This document shows positions 38,103-52,070 of a stretch of DNA of 64,000 nt, one piece after another. The position numbers and the translations under genes were made by a program. The number at the start of each line of letters is the position of its first letter. The first letter of the stretch is position 1. This DNA comes from Camelus ferus. Lineage: Eukaryota. The stretch spans positions 47,804,001 to 47,868,000 of the forward strand of contig NC_045697.1 of the NCBI RefSeq assembly GCF_009834535.1, read 5' to 3'. A model generated the notes under the pieces. It worked only from the letters and a program-made list of their open reading frames with translations, was not told the origin of the DNA and made no database searches.

Positions 38103-41100
38103 ACTCTTTATCTCCGACAGTGTAGTTACTTGAGTAAATGGCAACATTGCTTTGGAGAAGGGCTGGGAGAATTATTACTGTGATAATTGTCATTGTGTTG
38201 CAGTGGACTTCTTCCTGTGGATCCAGCCTCCTCTTCAGTCAGTGTGCTCTAGGTTTAAAAACTCAGATCTGGATTTGAGCAAAGTGTCTTGGCTTTACTG
38301 AGGCAACTGCACTCAGCCTTCTGATTATTTATCCTCGATTTGTTATGATGGTACTCACTGAGTAGTACCTATTTTGGCCCTTATCTACTTTTCCCCTAGG
38401 GCCACTTCGATTAACCATCTACAAAACCCTCTTCAGGTCAGACCCCCTTGGCTGCCATTCTGCTCCTGTCACTCATTACAATAAGTGCATCCACCTGACT
38501 TCTAGCAATTATGTGCTGCCATCTGGCCTCTATTGCTTTGGGTTCTTATCAGTCTAGTTCTATATAGTCTCTCCTTCCATTAGTCCTGGTTTACAGAGGA
38601 CAGGCATCATTGAACATTTTTAGTTATGGTGGTACCCTCATTCCAGCATGTTCTCTATGGCCGTGGTGGGTGGTATGTCCTCTGGGTGCACCTCTGGAAC
38701 ATGATGCCTTACTGAGTCTTCTGGCTTCACACAGAATAACTGCTTCAGCATGCCCACTTCCTTGGGCCTTTTGATCCCTTCCTCCACAGGCTCCCACAGA
38801 AATTCTGGCATTTCAAATTTATATAGTTTATGAACCATCACTTTTTCTGTGCCTCTAGAAGCCATCCCAGTAGCAAGTCCATACCATCTCCTGGGGACTT
38901 TGCCAGGACCTTAAATCCTGTATCTCTGGGACACGCTCTCAAATCAATAAACCCTCCACTATTCAATCTTATGTCCCTGCCCCTTGATCAAGCACCTTCA
39001 GATAGATTCTCAGAGTAGCAGCTCCTACAGGTACATGCTGGCTAGATTTACAGCTCCATATGACCATGGGAAAATTAAAGGAGCTATGGAAGGGCTCTAA
39101 GCTTTTATTCTATGCATTACTGCAATTGAACACAGTATGTATTCATAACTTGAATTATTTAAAAATTATTTTAAAACAGTTTCTTAAATAATAATAAAAA
39201 ATAATAATGAAAGAAATTTTCTTTGATCCAAGGAACAATAAAATCTTTAGTTTCAGTCCCAAACAGGAATAATGAAAAAGGAAACACTTAAAATCATTCA
39301 GGTAAGATTTCTCAGCTCCAGAAATAAAATTATTTTTTAAAAATAATCTGAAATGATCAAGACTTAGATGGATTTAAACTTTTCATTTCATGGAATGCAA
39401 AAAAGCAATGTAATAAATTTTAGAGTTCTAAAGGAAAGGGATTTTGAATCTATAATTTTATACAAGCTTTGAGAATTAATTCTCAAATAATTTTTTGTTC
39501 TTATATATGTAATCCATCTAAGACTATCTCAGAGTTTCTGAACCAGTACACATCAATACAAACATTTTATGAGTATAGTTTCACTAGAAGCCTATCTTTT
39601 AACACATATTTTTAAATTTTTAATTTCTGAGTTAAAATAATGTTTTAAATGAAGAAGCAGGAGCCAAGACTGATTTTCTGGGACAAAAGGACTTAGTTTT
39701 GGGGGGGTCACCCAAATCAGTAAAAATAGAAATAATGCAGAAGAAAACTTCTTGATTATGGAAGCAGTCATGCTCTCACCATAGAGAGTGTCCATACCCC
39801 CAAGATTCATGCTGCCCTGCTGAATGCACGGGATCATGTGGTTTATACACAGCACAACATGTGCTGCAGAGAAGAGCTTATATGTTGAAATGCTACATGT
39901 AGAAATGATACCATTCTCTGGACTAAGACATGACTCACAATGACAATACTTACATCCTCCTATAGAGAAATAACTAGAAACTATTTTAAAACTATGAAAC
40001 ACATTAGCAGAATGGAATAAAAATGAATTCACAGACCAAATCAGAATGAAATGAAGTATGCCTCAGTGTTTTTTGGTGACAGTCTGATCAAGATTACCTT
40101 AACAAAGACCTCAACACTTTACTCTTTCATCATGGTACTTGCAACTAAACCTCTCCCACATCAGCATACCCTCTCATAGTCAGCATCCTGCTGCTCAGCA
40201 AAACAGAACAATACAGAAGCAGCAGTTCATTTTCAGAAGGTCACCTTACAAACATAATACTAAGCTTGGTTCCCATCTTACAGATGAGGAGTTTGATATG
40301 ATGAGGAATAAGTGACTTGTCCTGATGAGGCTGGTCAGTGGGTAGGTAAAAATGAGATTCTGTCTGAAGCAATTCACAGAGAACAGAGACCAAGGGTATC
40401 AGAAAGGAAGAAATTGAACAATATCTCAAATGGATAGAAGTGTAATGATGGAGCTATGCGTGGCAATTCTAGCAATATCCATTGCATGCATACAAAAATA
40501 TGTTTTGAATGAACATTTAAGAAACTTCTTTTAACCAGCAATACAAGTTTTCTCTATTTACAGAAACAAAATGTTAAAGAGGTCCGTGCTCTGCTTTTTG
40601 TTTTTGTTTTTGATAAACTTTTAAAAGATAACCTGTGTTTCAAAAAAACAGAGCAGTAATTTCCTTATACCAACAAAAACACATTAGCATACACAGCTCT
40701 AGTTAATTAAGAGTCAAATAGAACTTAGAAATCTTAGTAAGAAATGTATGCACCACAATATAGCATTAAGTAGGGGAGACAAAAGAGTCTGAATTTTAAA
40801 AATCTTTTCTTTTTTACCCAGGACCTTAAACTTTGTCTACCACATGTTTTATAAAGTCTACCAAAACAGGAATAAGAAATTTGATCCTGAAGGTCTAGGT
40901 ATAGATATGTGGAGAAAAGCAGAATGGGGGAGGTGGGGACGGTCACACAAAAATCAGCAGTGAAGATCACCTGGTTATTAATATAATGCTTTGTTATCTG
41001 ATATTTTCCTTTTTAAAGAAGCAGAACTCAAACCAAAAAGTCAAAGGAGTAAATAAATATTGTACATGGGACAGTGGCTATTTTTTGAGAGAATGGAGCA

Positions 41101-42619
41101 GAATACAGGAGAATTTTGATTTTCTATTAAGTTCCCTATTCTGTATCTAACTTTCCCAGTGTTTTAAAGCCAGTAGCGCCCAGAGTTTTTTAGTGGATAT
41201 CACTTCCTTTTCACATACAGTGAATTGTCATCTTTATAACAGAGGGATACCAAGTAAGAGTCTCATTTGGACATAATAAAGATATCAGAAAAGAACAATA
41301 AGCAAAGTTAAAAGCAATTTTACATGCACATACCTTGTATAACTTGGCTTTTCAGAAATTTCAAAAATACTTACTGGAACCAAATTAAAAAGGAGCATCT
41401 CCATATACCATCCTGGTTCCAGTCAAGGAAAGATAATTTTTTTTTTTTTTTTTTTTTACTATTGAGATGAACTATAGTATTCATCTACTTTAGACTTCTC
41501 AAATTTCTTTGATTACAGAACATTCTTTACAAGTATAGTATGTTGATGGAACATGTACAGCCCTGTGAATGCTCAGGTTAAAATAAAGAGCAAAAACATA
41601 ATATCAGAATAATTGCTGCTAGAAGTGTTCAAAAAAGAACTCTAAAACAGAACCTAAAAATAACAAATTAAAGAAATAAAATAAATTTATTTGCTAAAGG
41701 CCAAAATGAACAAGATTTTTAAAGTGTGTTGAAATTAGCAAAGCAGATATATACACACCAGACAAGCAATCATTAATAAATGACATGCATCAACATGATG
41801 GTTATTTAGTAAATGCTACTTCTGCATAAATGTGCAGAGTCAACACCATGTGTTCAGGCATCTGGTGAGCTCTACTATATTCTCTTTTAAGGCATGTCAT
41901 TTCTAAACAGTGATTATCTCATAATAATAAGAATCATATTTAAGGGCTGGCAGTCTTCTTCCATGTTTTCTTAATACACACTAGAGATAACGAGTTTCCT
42001 AGCACTGACATTTTTCATGGAATACTTCTCTAGATCTTGCAAACAACAATTTGCAAAATGGTCATCTGGTTTTATATACCATGTTTTCACCAGCAAGGGA
42101 ACAAACAGAAAAGTTCAGCAAGTCATCTCAGATCTAAGCTGTTTTGTCAGTAGCAATATAAGGAATGGGAATCAAGAAAATTGACTTCAATTCCATTCTC
42201 TTTCCCTTCCCATGCTGAAAAAGCCTACTAATGTAGAGTGCTTTGGATCCAATGAAACATGTAATATAAAGCTTTCTTCTCAAAGAAAAGATGTACAGAC
42301 TTTATAGCAGTTTTAACATTGACAGCGGAACAAATAGAAACTCATTTAAGTGAGTAGCCTGCAGTTTTGGTGTGCTTCACTGTGGAGAGGAAGTGTTTCC
42401 TGAACACTGATTGTGAGCATGCTGTTTCCCACAGGTGACATGCCATTTTCTCTGAGAAAGGTCACTCAATTGGGCAAAGAAAATAAATGATACATTTCTT
42501 ATATCTACAATATACCTAACATTTTAGATTCTTTCAAATGTTAGATTTTGAGATCATGTAGTAGAGATACATGTGGTTATAAAACATATTTATATTTATG
42601 CAAAAATACATTGTGCCTG

Positions 42620-43000
42620 CAGAGTGGGAAATGATAATCACAAAACATACCTGATAAATGGCTCATACCCAGAATTTTTTAGAGCCTCCTAAAATCTATT
42701 TGAAAAGGTAGCAGAAATATGAGAAAAAGACTTAAACAAGTTCTCCACAAAACAGAATATCCAATACCCAATAAACACGAAAAGGAGTTGAACTTTTTTA
42801 GTCATAGAAACGCAAATAGAAATCACATTGTGATACCATTATTCAGACATTAGAAGGGTTAAAATTTAAAAATCTGACAACACCAAATGTCCTGAGGATG
42901 TGGAACAAATGGATTACCACAGACTGCTAATAGGAGTGTAAACTGTTACAAACCCTTTGGAAAACTGCTTGGTGGTACTGACTAAAATTCAGCAGCCTAA
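42620..43000 (+). mobile_element. Old L1 ORF2 3' fragment
   Basis: tctgacaacaccaaatgtcctgaggatgtggaacaa...tttggaaaactgcttgg. Confidence 0.65.
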
Positions 43001-43009
43001 AGTGTTCTC

Positions 43010-45800
43010 TTAGGAGAAGTTTTTAAATATGGTTTCAACTTCTTTAACAAATACAGGACTGTCCAGATTTGTGGTTCCTTCTCATGCCAGTACCAGTATT
43101 TGTACCTTCAAGGGATTGTCCGTGCCATCTAAGCTTTACTGCACAATTTGTTTTGTCAAAATACTTCCTATTTCTAATATGAATTCTTCTTTGGCCCATG
43201 GATTATTTAGAAATGTGTCATTCAATTTACCAACATTTGGTAGTATTCTAGATATCTTTTATTAATCATGTCTAATCTAATTCTATTGTGGCCAGCAGAT
43301 ACACTTTGTATAATTTCAATTCTTTGAAATTTATTGAAGCTTGTTTCTTGGCTCAACACATTGTTTATTTTGATGAATATTCTATATGCACTTTGAAAGA
43401 ATGTATATTTCACAGTTATTGGGTATAATATTCTGTATATGTTAATAAGGTCAAATTCATTAATAGTGTTATCCAAATATTCTGTGTCTTTACTCAATTT
43501 TTTTGGTCATATCCTATCAATTACTAAGAGTAAGATGTTAAAATCACCCAATATTATCGTAGATTAAATAAAATTGTTGATTTGTCTATTTCTCCTTTCA
43601 GTTCTGATAGTTTTTGCTTCTTATATTTAGAAGCTATATTAAGAGCTACATGTATATTTAGGATTATTATTATTTCCCAAGGAATTGATCCTTTTATCAT
43701 TACAAAATATTCCCCTTTATCTCTAGTTATACTTCTTGTTTTAAAATCTAGGTTTCTTTATATTTGCTTTATATAGCTAATAGTCTTTTAAAGATGCTTT
43801 TAAAAATAGTTTTTAAGTATATTTACTCATACCTCTGTCCTGTCCAGTGTTCTTCATTTCTTCCTACATATCTGAGTCTCATCTACAATCATTTCCTCTC
43901 AGAATTCCTTAAAGAACTCCTTTAGAATTTATTGAAGTGCTGTCCTGCTGTTAAGTCCTTAGTTCTGTTTGTTTGGAGATACCTATTTTAACTTAATGGC
44001 TCTAAAGATCACTTCACTGGGTACAGAATTGCAGATTGGCAGGGGTTTTTTTGTTTGTTTGTTTGTTTGTTTGTTTGTTTAGCACTTTAAAGATACCATT
44101 TGTCATTCAGTTTCCATTGTTCTTGAAGGGAAGTCTGATGTGATTGTTGGTGATATTTTTCTGAACGTGATGTTTCCCTTTCTGATTGTTTTAAGATTTT
44201 CTCTTTATATTGGTTTCTAGAAGTTTGACTATGATGCAACTTTTCCTTACATATATTTCTCCAAATTTGGGTTTCACTGAGTTTTTTTTAATCTAAAGAT
44301 TGATTTCATTTAGCAGTTTTTAAAAATTCTTGTCTTGCATTGTCTCTGGTGAGACCTCTACATAGATATATTATCTTTTCCTTCTGTATGTAATGCATAT
44401 TTTTTCTTTGGCTGCTTTTAAGATTCTATCCTATCTTTTGTTATTCAGCAACTTAATCATAATATCCTTTGGTGCCATTTTTCATCCTCTTTAGGGCTCC
44501 TTATGTTGACTGGATATGTGATTTCTAGTTTACTTCAAATCTGGGAAATTTTAAAAAATTATTTCTTGAAATAATTTTTCTATCTCCTCCTTCTGGACTC
44601 TAAGTAGATGTTAGACTTTCTCTTTTTGTTTTGCAGGTAAATGATGCTTTGTTAATTTTTTGCATCTTTTTTAGCCTCTGTACTGTATTTTGAGTAGTTT
44701 CTACTGCTAAGACTTCATTTTTTCCCTATCTTCTTTTGAATGATTTCTTATCTACTGTTAATCTCATCTACTGCATCTTTTTTACTTTAGAGATCATGTT
44801 TTTCAGCTCCAGATTTCCTTTCAATCTCTATATGTATATATGTTCTAGTTTCTTCCTAATTATGTCATGTTTTCCTTCAAATCCTTGAGAGTACTGATAA
44901 TGCCTGTGTTAAAGCTAATGATCGTGAATTCCATTATCTCTATCATTTCTTGTTTTATTACTGTTGAATGATTTTCCTTCTGGTTATAGGTCACATTTCA
45001 CTGCTTCTTTGTATATGTAATATGTAATTCTTTTGACTGGATTTTAGACACTGAATTTGTTAATTATCTAGATTTTCTATCTAGTGTTGAAATTTGTTGC
45101 ACCATTTCATTAAGTTACTGCAAGTTAAGCTACTTGAAGATCAGCTGGATCATTCTGAGGCTTGTCTTTAAACTTTTTAAAGATAAATCTAGAGTAATCT
45201 TTTTTCTGGGGCTTCTTTAGCCATACTACTAATCCATGATCCTCTGGGTTTTCTATAATATGGCAGGAATTCAACAAGTTTTCTCTATTCTGGATGATGG
45301 AGATTCAAAGGTATCCACAAAATATTAACTCTGAAATTTGTTTAGTTTACAGTTCCCTTATTGTTTTTATTTGGACTTGTATCAGTATTTCACAAATGCA
45401 CAGGATAACATTCAGCAACTAATTCAAAGGGACCCTATATATATGTATAGGGCTTTTTTAGGTAACACTCTTTTCTCCACTGTTCTGTCCCACAAGTTCC
45501 AGCCACCTCAGCCTCCTCTCAACTCCAAACTCTCTCCCCTCAGTTCAGTGAGACCACCATGTTCTGCTTGGATTCTCCTTCCTTATATTATGGTCTAGAA
45601 AAGACTTCCAAGTACTATCCGGGTCGTCGTAGGGCTCAGCCTGTGTGTTTCCCTTCTCTTAGGGGTCACATTCTTGAACTGCCTATTGTGCAATGCCTAA
45701 CAACTGTTTCATGTATTTTGTTGAGTTTTTCAGCTATTTATGGTGGGAAGGAAAGTCTGGTACCAGTCACTCTACCATGTCCAGAAATGGAAGTCTATAT
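43010..45800 (-). mobile_element. Old L1ME-type element (5'UTR, ORF1, ORF2 endonuclease remnants)
   Basis: ORF 43222-43497 LDNTINEFDLINIYRILYP...YTFFQSAY...FNKFQRIEIIQSVSAGHNRIRL matches the L1 ORF2 endonuclease C-terminal region; includes (TTTG)n near 44050-44080. Confidence 0.8.
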
Positions 45801-47559
45801 TACCTTTTACAAAGGAAACTTCCAGTGTTAAAAAGTAACATAAATAAAATCTCCTGGAAGGATTCAAAGAAATTCTGTCAATAATTCTTCGGGGTTTGAA
45901 TTTTGGATTTTTGGGTTTTTGCTTGTTTTTCTTGCTAAGTTACTTTGATTAGTTACCTAGATTTTTATACTCACTTAGATTCTACTGTTGCCTTTCTCTG
46001 GTCTAAAATGTTTATACCTATCTCATTTCTATTTATCTAAAAATCTTCTGAGTAGAATTAGACCATTTTTTTTAACACTACAGCATTGATTTACAGTGAT
46101 AGGTTCATGATTGTCTCCTATAAAATTGTTCACTGTGGATGCTGGCTTTTGTTTATCAAATGGTAGAGTCATAAGAGGCCTTTCAGAGTATTTGTCCCAA
46201 TCTTCTAATTTTACTTGTAAGGAAATTGTGTTCTAGAAAATAGAAAAGTTCACTAACCAACCCAAAATTATCTAGCAGTGGTTGGCAAGATTAGGACCAG
46301 AGTTCTTATTTCCCTGGCTAAATTCAATTTTTGTTTTGTGTTTGTTTGTATATGTGTTGTCTTATTTAATAGCACTGTCTTCCTCATCAGAAATGGAATT
46401 TCTGTAAAGAGGCTTTCCCATTCACTCCATTTATTAATAAGATTAATACCAATAAAAACAAAATTGATTTTTCCAATTTTTTTCATTATTTACAACTTCT
46501 GACATCTTTATATTGTTGCTAAAGTCTTTTTTGTGTTTAATAAGTCAAAGGAAGCCTTCTGCCAGCTTAATCATCATACTCCTCCTGCTGGAAATAATAT
46601 CTAACTACAGGCAATAAGAAGGCATTCAGACAGGGAAGGAAGTTTGTGCTAGATGCTCAGGTGGCAGAAAAGTAAGTACAAAAGAGACTGAGAAGACAAG
46701 ACTGCATATAGAAAACATTCAGAGCACAACATGTAACTCTACTTTTCATCTCTAAAGTCAAAAATCTTTGCTGCTTTCCTGTAGCATGTATAAGGTATGT
46801 GACCCTGAGTCAAAAAATACTTATAGAATATTATTGAAGATGAGAAACCTGTGTGGCACCTGTGTATGCTAGCAATGTCTTATCATACTGCAGAACAACC
46901 TGTGAAGAAAACGGATGAAAGCAATAGTGCTGACTGCCATATCACAGCAAGTAATGTCTAACAACAGCTTTATAGAAGTTTCCCTCTGAATCAGGACCTT
47001 GCCCAAGTGCTGATGCTGCCTACTGTGCAGCTCTCCAGCCGACTCAGTTCCTCCTACTGGCTGTTAACACCCAGTCAGTCTGCATCTGTATAAATTTTTT
47101 CCTTAACTCTCTGTGCAGACAGCATAACCTATTTTCAAGTCATAAGGAGAAAAATAAATAAATTCCAAAAGAATTCAAAATGCAGTATATTCCATTACAT
47201 TAATGATTAGCTTTTTAAAAAATCAATAACTAGCAAGAAATGATTAAAGGCCTCTGTTTATACGAATTCTTCATCATCTTGGGTGCAATGTTGCTATTAA
47301 CAAGGCTTTAAAATGGTCCTCACTAGTTTACAAGATTAGATGGAAAAGAGTAAATATTTTATTAATTCTCCCAGAGTTATTGACTATCTTTTCCCTCCTC
47401 TCCTCATAATAGATGCCATTATGAACAAGATATATCAAAATTGTATATCCATTTCTAGTAATATGTCCCAGACTTTCTTAGCTCACGCAAAAGGTAAAGA
47501 TATAGTCCCTTATTTTGTGTTATTGTGATCTAACTGGACTTTAATGAGTTAGGGAAAAA

Positions 47560-47800
47560 GAACCCAGCTAACATTATTAAACACTTACTCTAAGCCAGGC
47601 ACTGTGCTAAACACTTCTACTTCCATTATCTTATTTAATCCTCAAGAAGCCTATGAATTACATACTATTATTACCCCTATTTCTTTAATGTGGAAATCAA
47701 GGCTTGCGGACGGTAAATAACCTGCCTGAAATTATAGAGTTAGAAGGTAAGTGTTACAAGGCTGGTTTCAACCCTACAATCTGTGCTTTTAACCACTCTG
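47560..47800 (-). mobile_element. MIR SINE
   Basis: agccaggcactgtgctaaacactt...ttatttaatcctca...tactattattacccctattt. Confidence 0.7.
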
Positions 47801-50800
47801 TTCCCTACTCCTGTGCTTTTAGAAAAGAACTTACTGTACTTGCTACATGTAAAGACAAGCTTGTGTCAAGCCATTTAGGTGGCTTTTGAGATCCAAAATA
47901 GGAAACAGATAAAGCACCACAATGGATAACAGATAGGGTTGTGTTCAGTTTCCTGCACATTTCATACAGAAAGAAATATATTTGAATGCAAACAGTAGAG
48001 GATGATAGTATTTAAGAGAAATCGTAGGATGTTTTTTAGTTTACCATAAAAGTCAATCACTGCAAATTTCAATATTTTATGTATTTTAATTACAAATTAT
48101 TTAGGATGTTTGAGAATTATAGTATATCACAGTTTCAAGAGAGCTGAGAACACCAACCTAAAGAATTACCAAATACCATATAAACAATTACAGCATTTTG
48201 ATGTCAGGAGTCATAGGTTCTAATACCAATAAGTATATAAATGACCTTGAACTTATCTGTAATATTAGGATGATAATGACAATAGTACTGAACTCACATA
48301 GTTGATGCCTGGACTAAAAAGACAATCAATGTAAGTACCTCACACTTGAAAAGCACTCAGTCAGAGATGGCTATTGTTGAATTTACCCAGATCACTAGTC
48401 CAGGTGAATAGTTCTGCAGCCCAAAATGTGAAAACCTCAAATGGGACTTATGCGTGTTAACCAATCCCACTAGAGTTTTGTGTATTAGGGCTATAGTTAT
48501 GGTGTGTACTTGATTTGTTTTCTACATTTGTGAAGATGCTTTGGGGTTCTCCACGATTTGTCTCTTCTATTACTCCCACCAGTTAGATACCCATGGAACT
48601 GAATAACTGTGAATATTCAGCAAATATAATATGACTGTAAAGAAAGAAAGAGGACATTTCTTCCAAGTAAGTGACCTTGGCAAAGAAAACGACCCCATTC
48701 ATTAATTCTGAAGGAAAAACAGTATAAAAAATTGGAGAAACAGTGATTGTGATACAATTTGTTTTTCAGTATCAAAGAAGCTCCTACTGGAATTTTGAAT
48801 CTACCACTTAATCATTTGTAACTCTCGGACTAGCTACTTAAACTGTTTCTTCAAATATTAAATGGGATGAAAAATACTTGGCAGGGCTGTTGTAACACAC
48901 AGATGATGTTTTAAGTAGGTCAAAAACAGTGCCTCAGACATAACAGGAATGGAATAAATATAGGCAGAAATTCTATGTAATATATCTCTTACTAATACAG
49001 TGCTGATTTTGCCAATAATATTGATGATGACGATAGTTATAATGATCTGGTTTACAGTCTCTGAAACAGAAAGTCCCTTGTGTTCCTAATGTTCCTATAT
49101 AACATAGAGTAATTCAGATGAACATTCATGAAGACATTTTATAAGTTTGACTTATACAGTGTGAACATTTCACTAACAGAGAGAAAGCAGTCTACCTGGT
49201 ATTATTGTAAGCTAACTTCTGTATTAACTACAAACCTGGAACATAGATCTGTTACTGGCAGAACTTGCTACTAAAAAGAAATTTTTTAGTTAAATCTACC
49301 CCATCCCTGACTGTCACTCAGACCCACGATCTGCTTGGTTTATCTTGGAACACCAGTGTCTTGTCTTTGCCATCTGACTTTCTGTTGCATCACTGTTCTT
49401 TAGTAAGATGGTCTGCCACCAAGTTTAATATAACTGAATGGACTTGTGGCTATCAAGTAAGCACATTAAAAATATACCCAAAGCCTTCTGGGACTATCTG
49501 ACGCTGGTCATTAAATAACTATCCTGCAGCTCACAGTCCCCTGAAATAGTACTTTGTATCATATTACCTGAAGGGATTAAAAGAAAACCGTATATCAGAA
49601 CACAGTCCAGACATACAAAGACAGAAGATTTCTGCAGTTTTAAATGACTGAAAACTCTCTCAAACAAAACTAAAGGAGATCAAAGTTTTGGCCCAGTAAT
49701 TTTGAATATCAGATGAAATGCCCCTGTTGGGTTAGCTTGATTATTCTTCTTTAGCCTGATTGTTTCTCTCTATCACCTTGTGCCATTAATGAGAAATTAA
49801 TCTTTGAAGTTCTAGTGGCTCAGCATTTTCAATTATTCATTCCAGTTAAGGAATTTTTTTTAAGAAAAGCTCAGTGTTCTCACTTACGATAAGCCTACCA
49901 GCAGACACCTGAACTGCTACCCAAAAAAAAAATCTCCCCCAGAGAAATTTTTCTGAGGATTTAAAAATCCATTCTACTGCTTACTTCCTTCCTTAAAGTC
50001 CAAATTCATAATCAGCTTAAAGCATAAAAATTGTCTAATAAGCTTTTAAAAAATTTTGTCCTAGAGTATTTTCAGAAGGAAATAGGGGAGGAATGTGGAA
50101 GAACAGATACTACAGTCTTTTAAAGACTAGTTCTATTATAAGCACTATAACCTAAAATATACTATTGACACCTTGGTCCTAATTTATTGCCTGGCTAGAC
50201 CTTAGGAATATATCAAACTCTTCTAGTTTAAAAATAAAGCAAAACCTAAAAAATGCTTGTTCCTAGCATCTCCTTCCCTGCTCCAGTGTGACCCTTCCTT
50301 GTTTTTACTGAATAATTTCTTCTGTCAATTGTCATCTACCTTGATGAACAGGAGTCCTGTGAACCTACTGTCTCTCTTTATGAAACAGGCTCTCGATGTT
50401 TAAGAAGAGTTTTAGAGGAAACATTACTTCTGCTAGTCTGATGACTCCAGAAACGCTCTGTTACCTTCGGCAGGACAGGTTGCATTGTTTTTCTCCCCTG
50501 TAAACTGCATGCTCAGCCTTCCTTTTAAGGAGCTGTACATTTGCTAAATGAAGAGAAGATCGCAGCTTCCCTTATGCTATTCTTTATTCCTTCAAAATTT
50601 GTGTTGCTTCTAAGCAGTTTCATGCTAAAATGAGATCATTCAAACATGGCATTAGTCTAATTTTTAAAAACCCTTGTTTTGGTGAATAATTATGGATTCA
50701 AGCTGTTTTGTTACTGTGCCAAAATATATTTTGGAAAAAGTCTCTGATAATTGATACTTCACAAATTTTTCCCTTATAAAGCTCCAAACTTGCCTAGTTT

Positions 50801-50999
50801 CTTACAGACTCCAAAACTGTGAACATACTCTTTCACTTACTGTTCATTTGAGCTGGCAGCAGGGTGTCAAGGAATTCTATCTCCAGAGATGAGAGAATTC
50901 TCAGAATTCTATCTCAGATCTCCAGGTCTGAAAAGAAATGAGTTGCTAGAATTTTTTCATTCAACTCAATTTTACACTTGCATTAATAATATTTATAAA

Positions 51000-51265
51000 G
51001 TCACTTCTCGTTCAGTCCCAAATCAAATGTCACCAAGCCACAGAGCTTTCCTTAGCCCTCCACTCTAGACTGTCCCCATCCCATTCCTCCGTTACATCAC
51101 CCTCCCGCTTTCCTGCACAGCGCTCATCACAACATGTAAGTGCTGCCATTTGTTTACTGAGTGCCTTCAAACTTACTATAGTGTAAACTCCTGAGAGCAA
51201 GTGACTTGTCACCGTCTTCATTTCTGGGTCCCCAGAGCCTAGCATTGGACTGAATGAATGAGAAA
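51000..51265 (+). mobile_element. L2 3' fragment
   Basis: tgtaaactcctgagagcaag...ccccagagcctagca...tgaatgaatga. Confidence 0.6.
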
Positions 51266-51540
51266 ATGAACTAAAATTTCCTGCCACCTGATTAATCCCT
51301 TTGACCTGAGCCGTTCTTCTGAATGCTCTCCTCTATCCCCCGGCCCCCTCCACCAAAATACAGCCAATGTGCTTCTATTTCTTCTTCCAAAAGTCTATGC
51401 ACAACATTGTGAATCAACTATACTTCAGTTTAAATTTTTTTAAAGAATTTATTGTTTTTTCCCTGATTACTCAGCTAATACATACTTGTTTAAGAAACTC
51501 GGGGTGAAACCTAAATTACATAAAAAATAATTAAAATCAC

Positions 51541-51643
51541 AAGGGTTGACCAATCATTTCAGTTTATCCGAGAACTGAGGGGATTTTCAGGACGTGGAAG
51601 AAAACAGGAAAGTCCAGAGCAAGCCAGGATGAGTTGGTGACCT
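51541..51643. mobile_element. MER94-like hAT-Blackjack MITE
   Basis: Imperfect TIRs agggttgaccaa ... ttggtgaccttc; internal actgaggggattttcaggacgtgg. Confidence 0.65.
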
Positions 51644-51859
51644 TCCACCTCACCTCTCACTAAGTAGTAACTACTAATAATTTACTCTATTTTCATCCAT
51701 TACTTTATGCATATTATAGTTAATTAGGATTTCATTATATAGATAATTTTGAATTCAGATCTTTCCAATTAATTTTATACATAAGCAATTTCCCACATGA
51801 TTAAAATCCTTTCTTAATATCATTTAAAAAACTGCTTAATATTGAATGCTATACTGAAG

Positions 51860-52070
51860 AGGCAGTGTAATACGAGACTAAAGACTAGAGACTCAGGAGC
51901 CAGACTGCCTGGGTCCAAGCTCCAGCTCTGCCTTGGGCATTTTACTTGTCCACTCTGAGCCTTAGTTTCCTCATCTGTAACACAGGAATCAAGAAAGCAC
52001 ACACTTTACAGGGCTGTTGTGAGGATTACATGGGTTTATATTTGAATGTTGTGAGCACTGATTATGTGGC
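51860..52070 (+). mobile_element. MIR SINE
   Basis: ggagccagactgcctgggtcc...ctctgagccttagtttcctcatctgtaa. Confidence 0.75.

Larger units (their letters stand above)
36160..39060 (-). mobile_element. Degenerate ERV-L class provirus (ERV3-16/LTR16-like): gag, RT, RNaseH/integrase remnants and LTR fragment
   Basis: ORF 38638-38865 MPEFLWEPVEEGIKRPKEVGML...PEDIPPTTAIENML (ERV-L gag); ORF 36738-36929 ACPNCRPERPTLSPLYDTILQGHQPTIWCLVDYI (integrase Zn-finger and core start); LTR-like gggttctctggaagcaga at 36163. Confidence 0.8.

Noticed and set aside
38100..39060. Domesticated ERV-L gag gene (Fv1-like)
   Set aside because: Longest frame is 75 aa, with frameshifts and stops on both sides.
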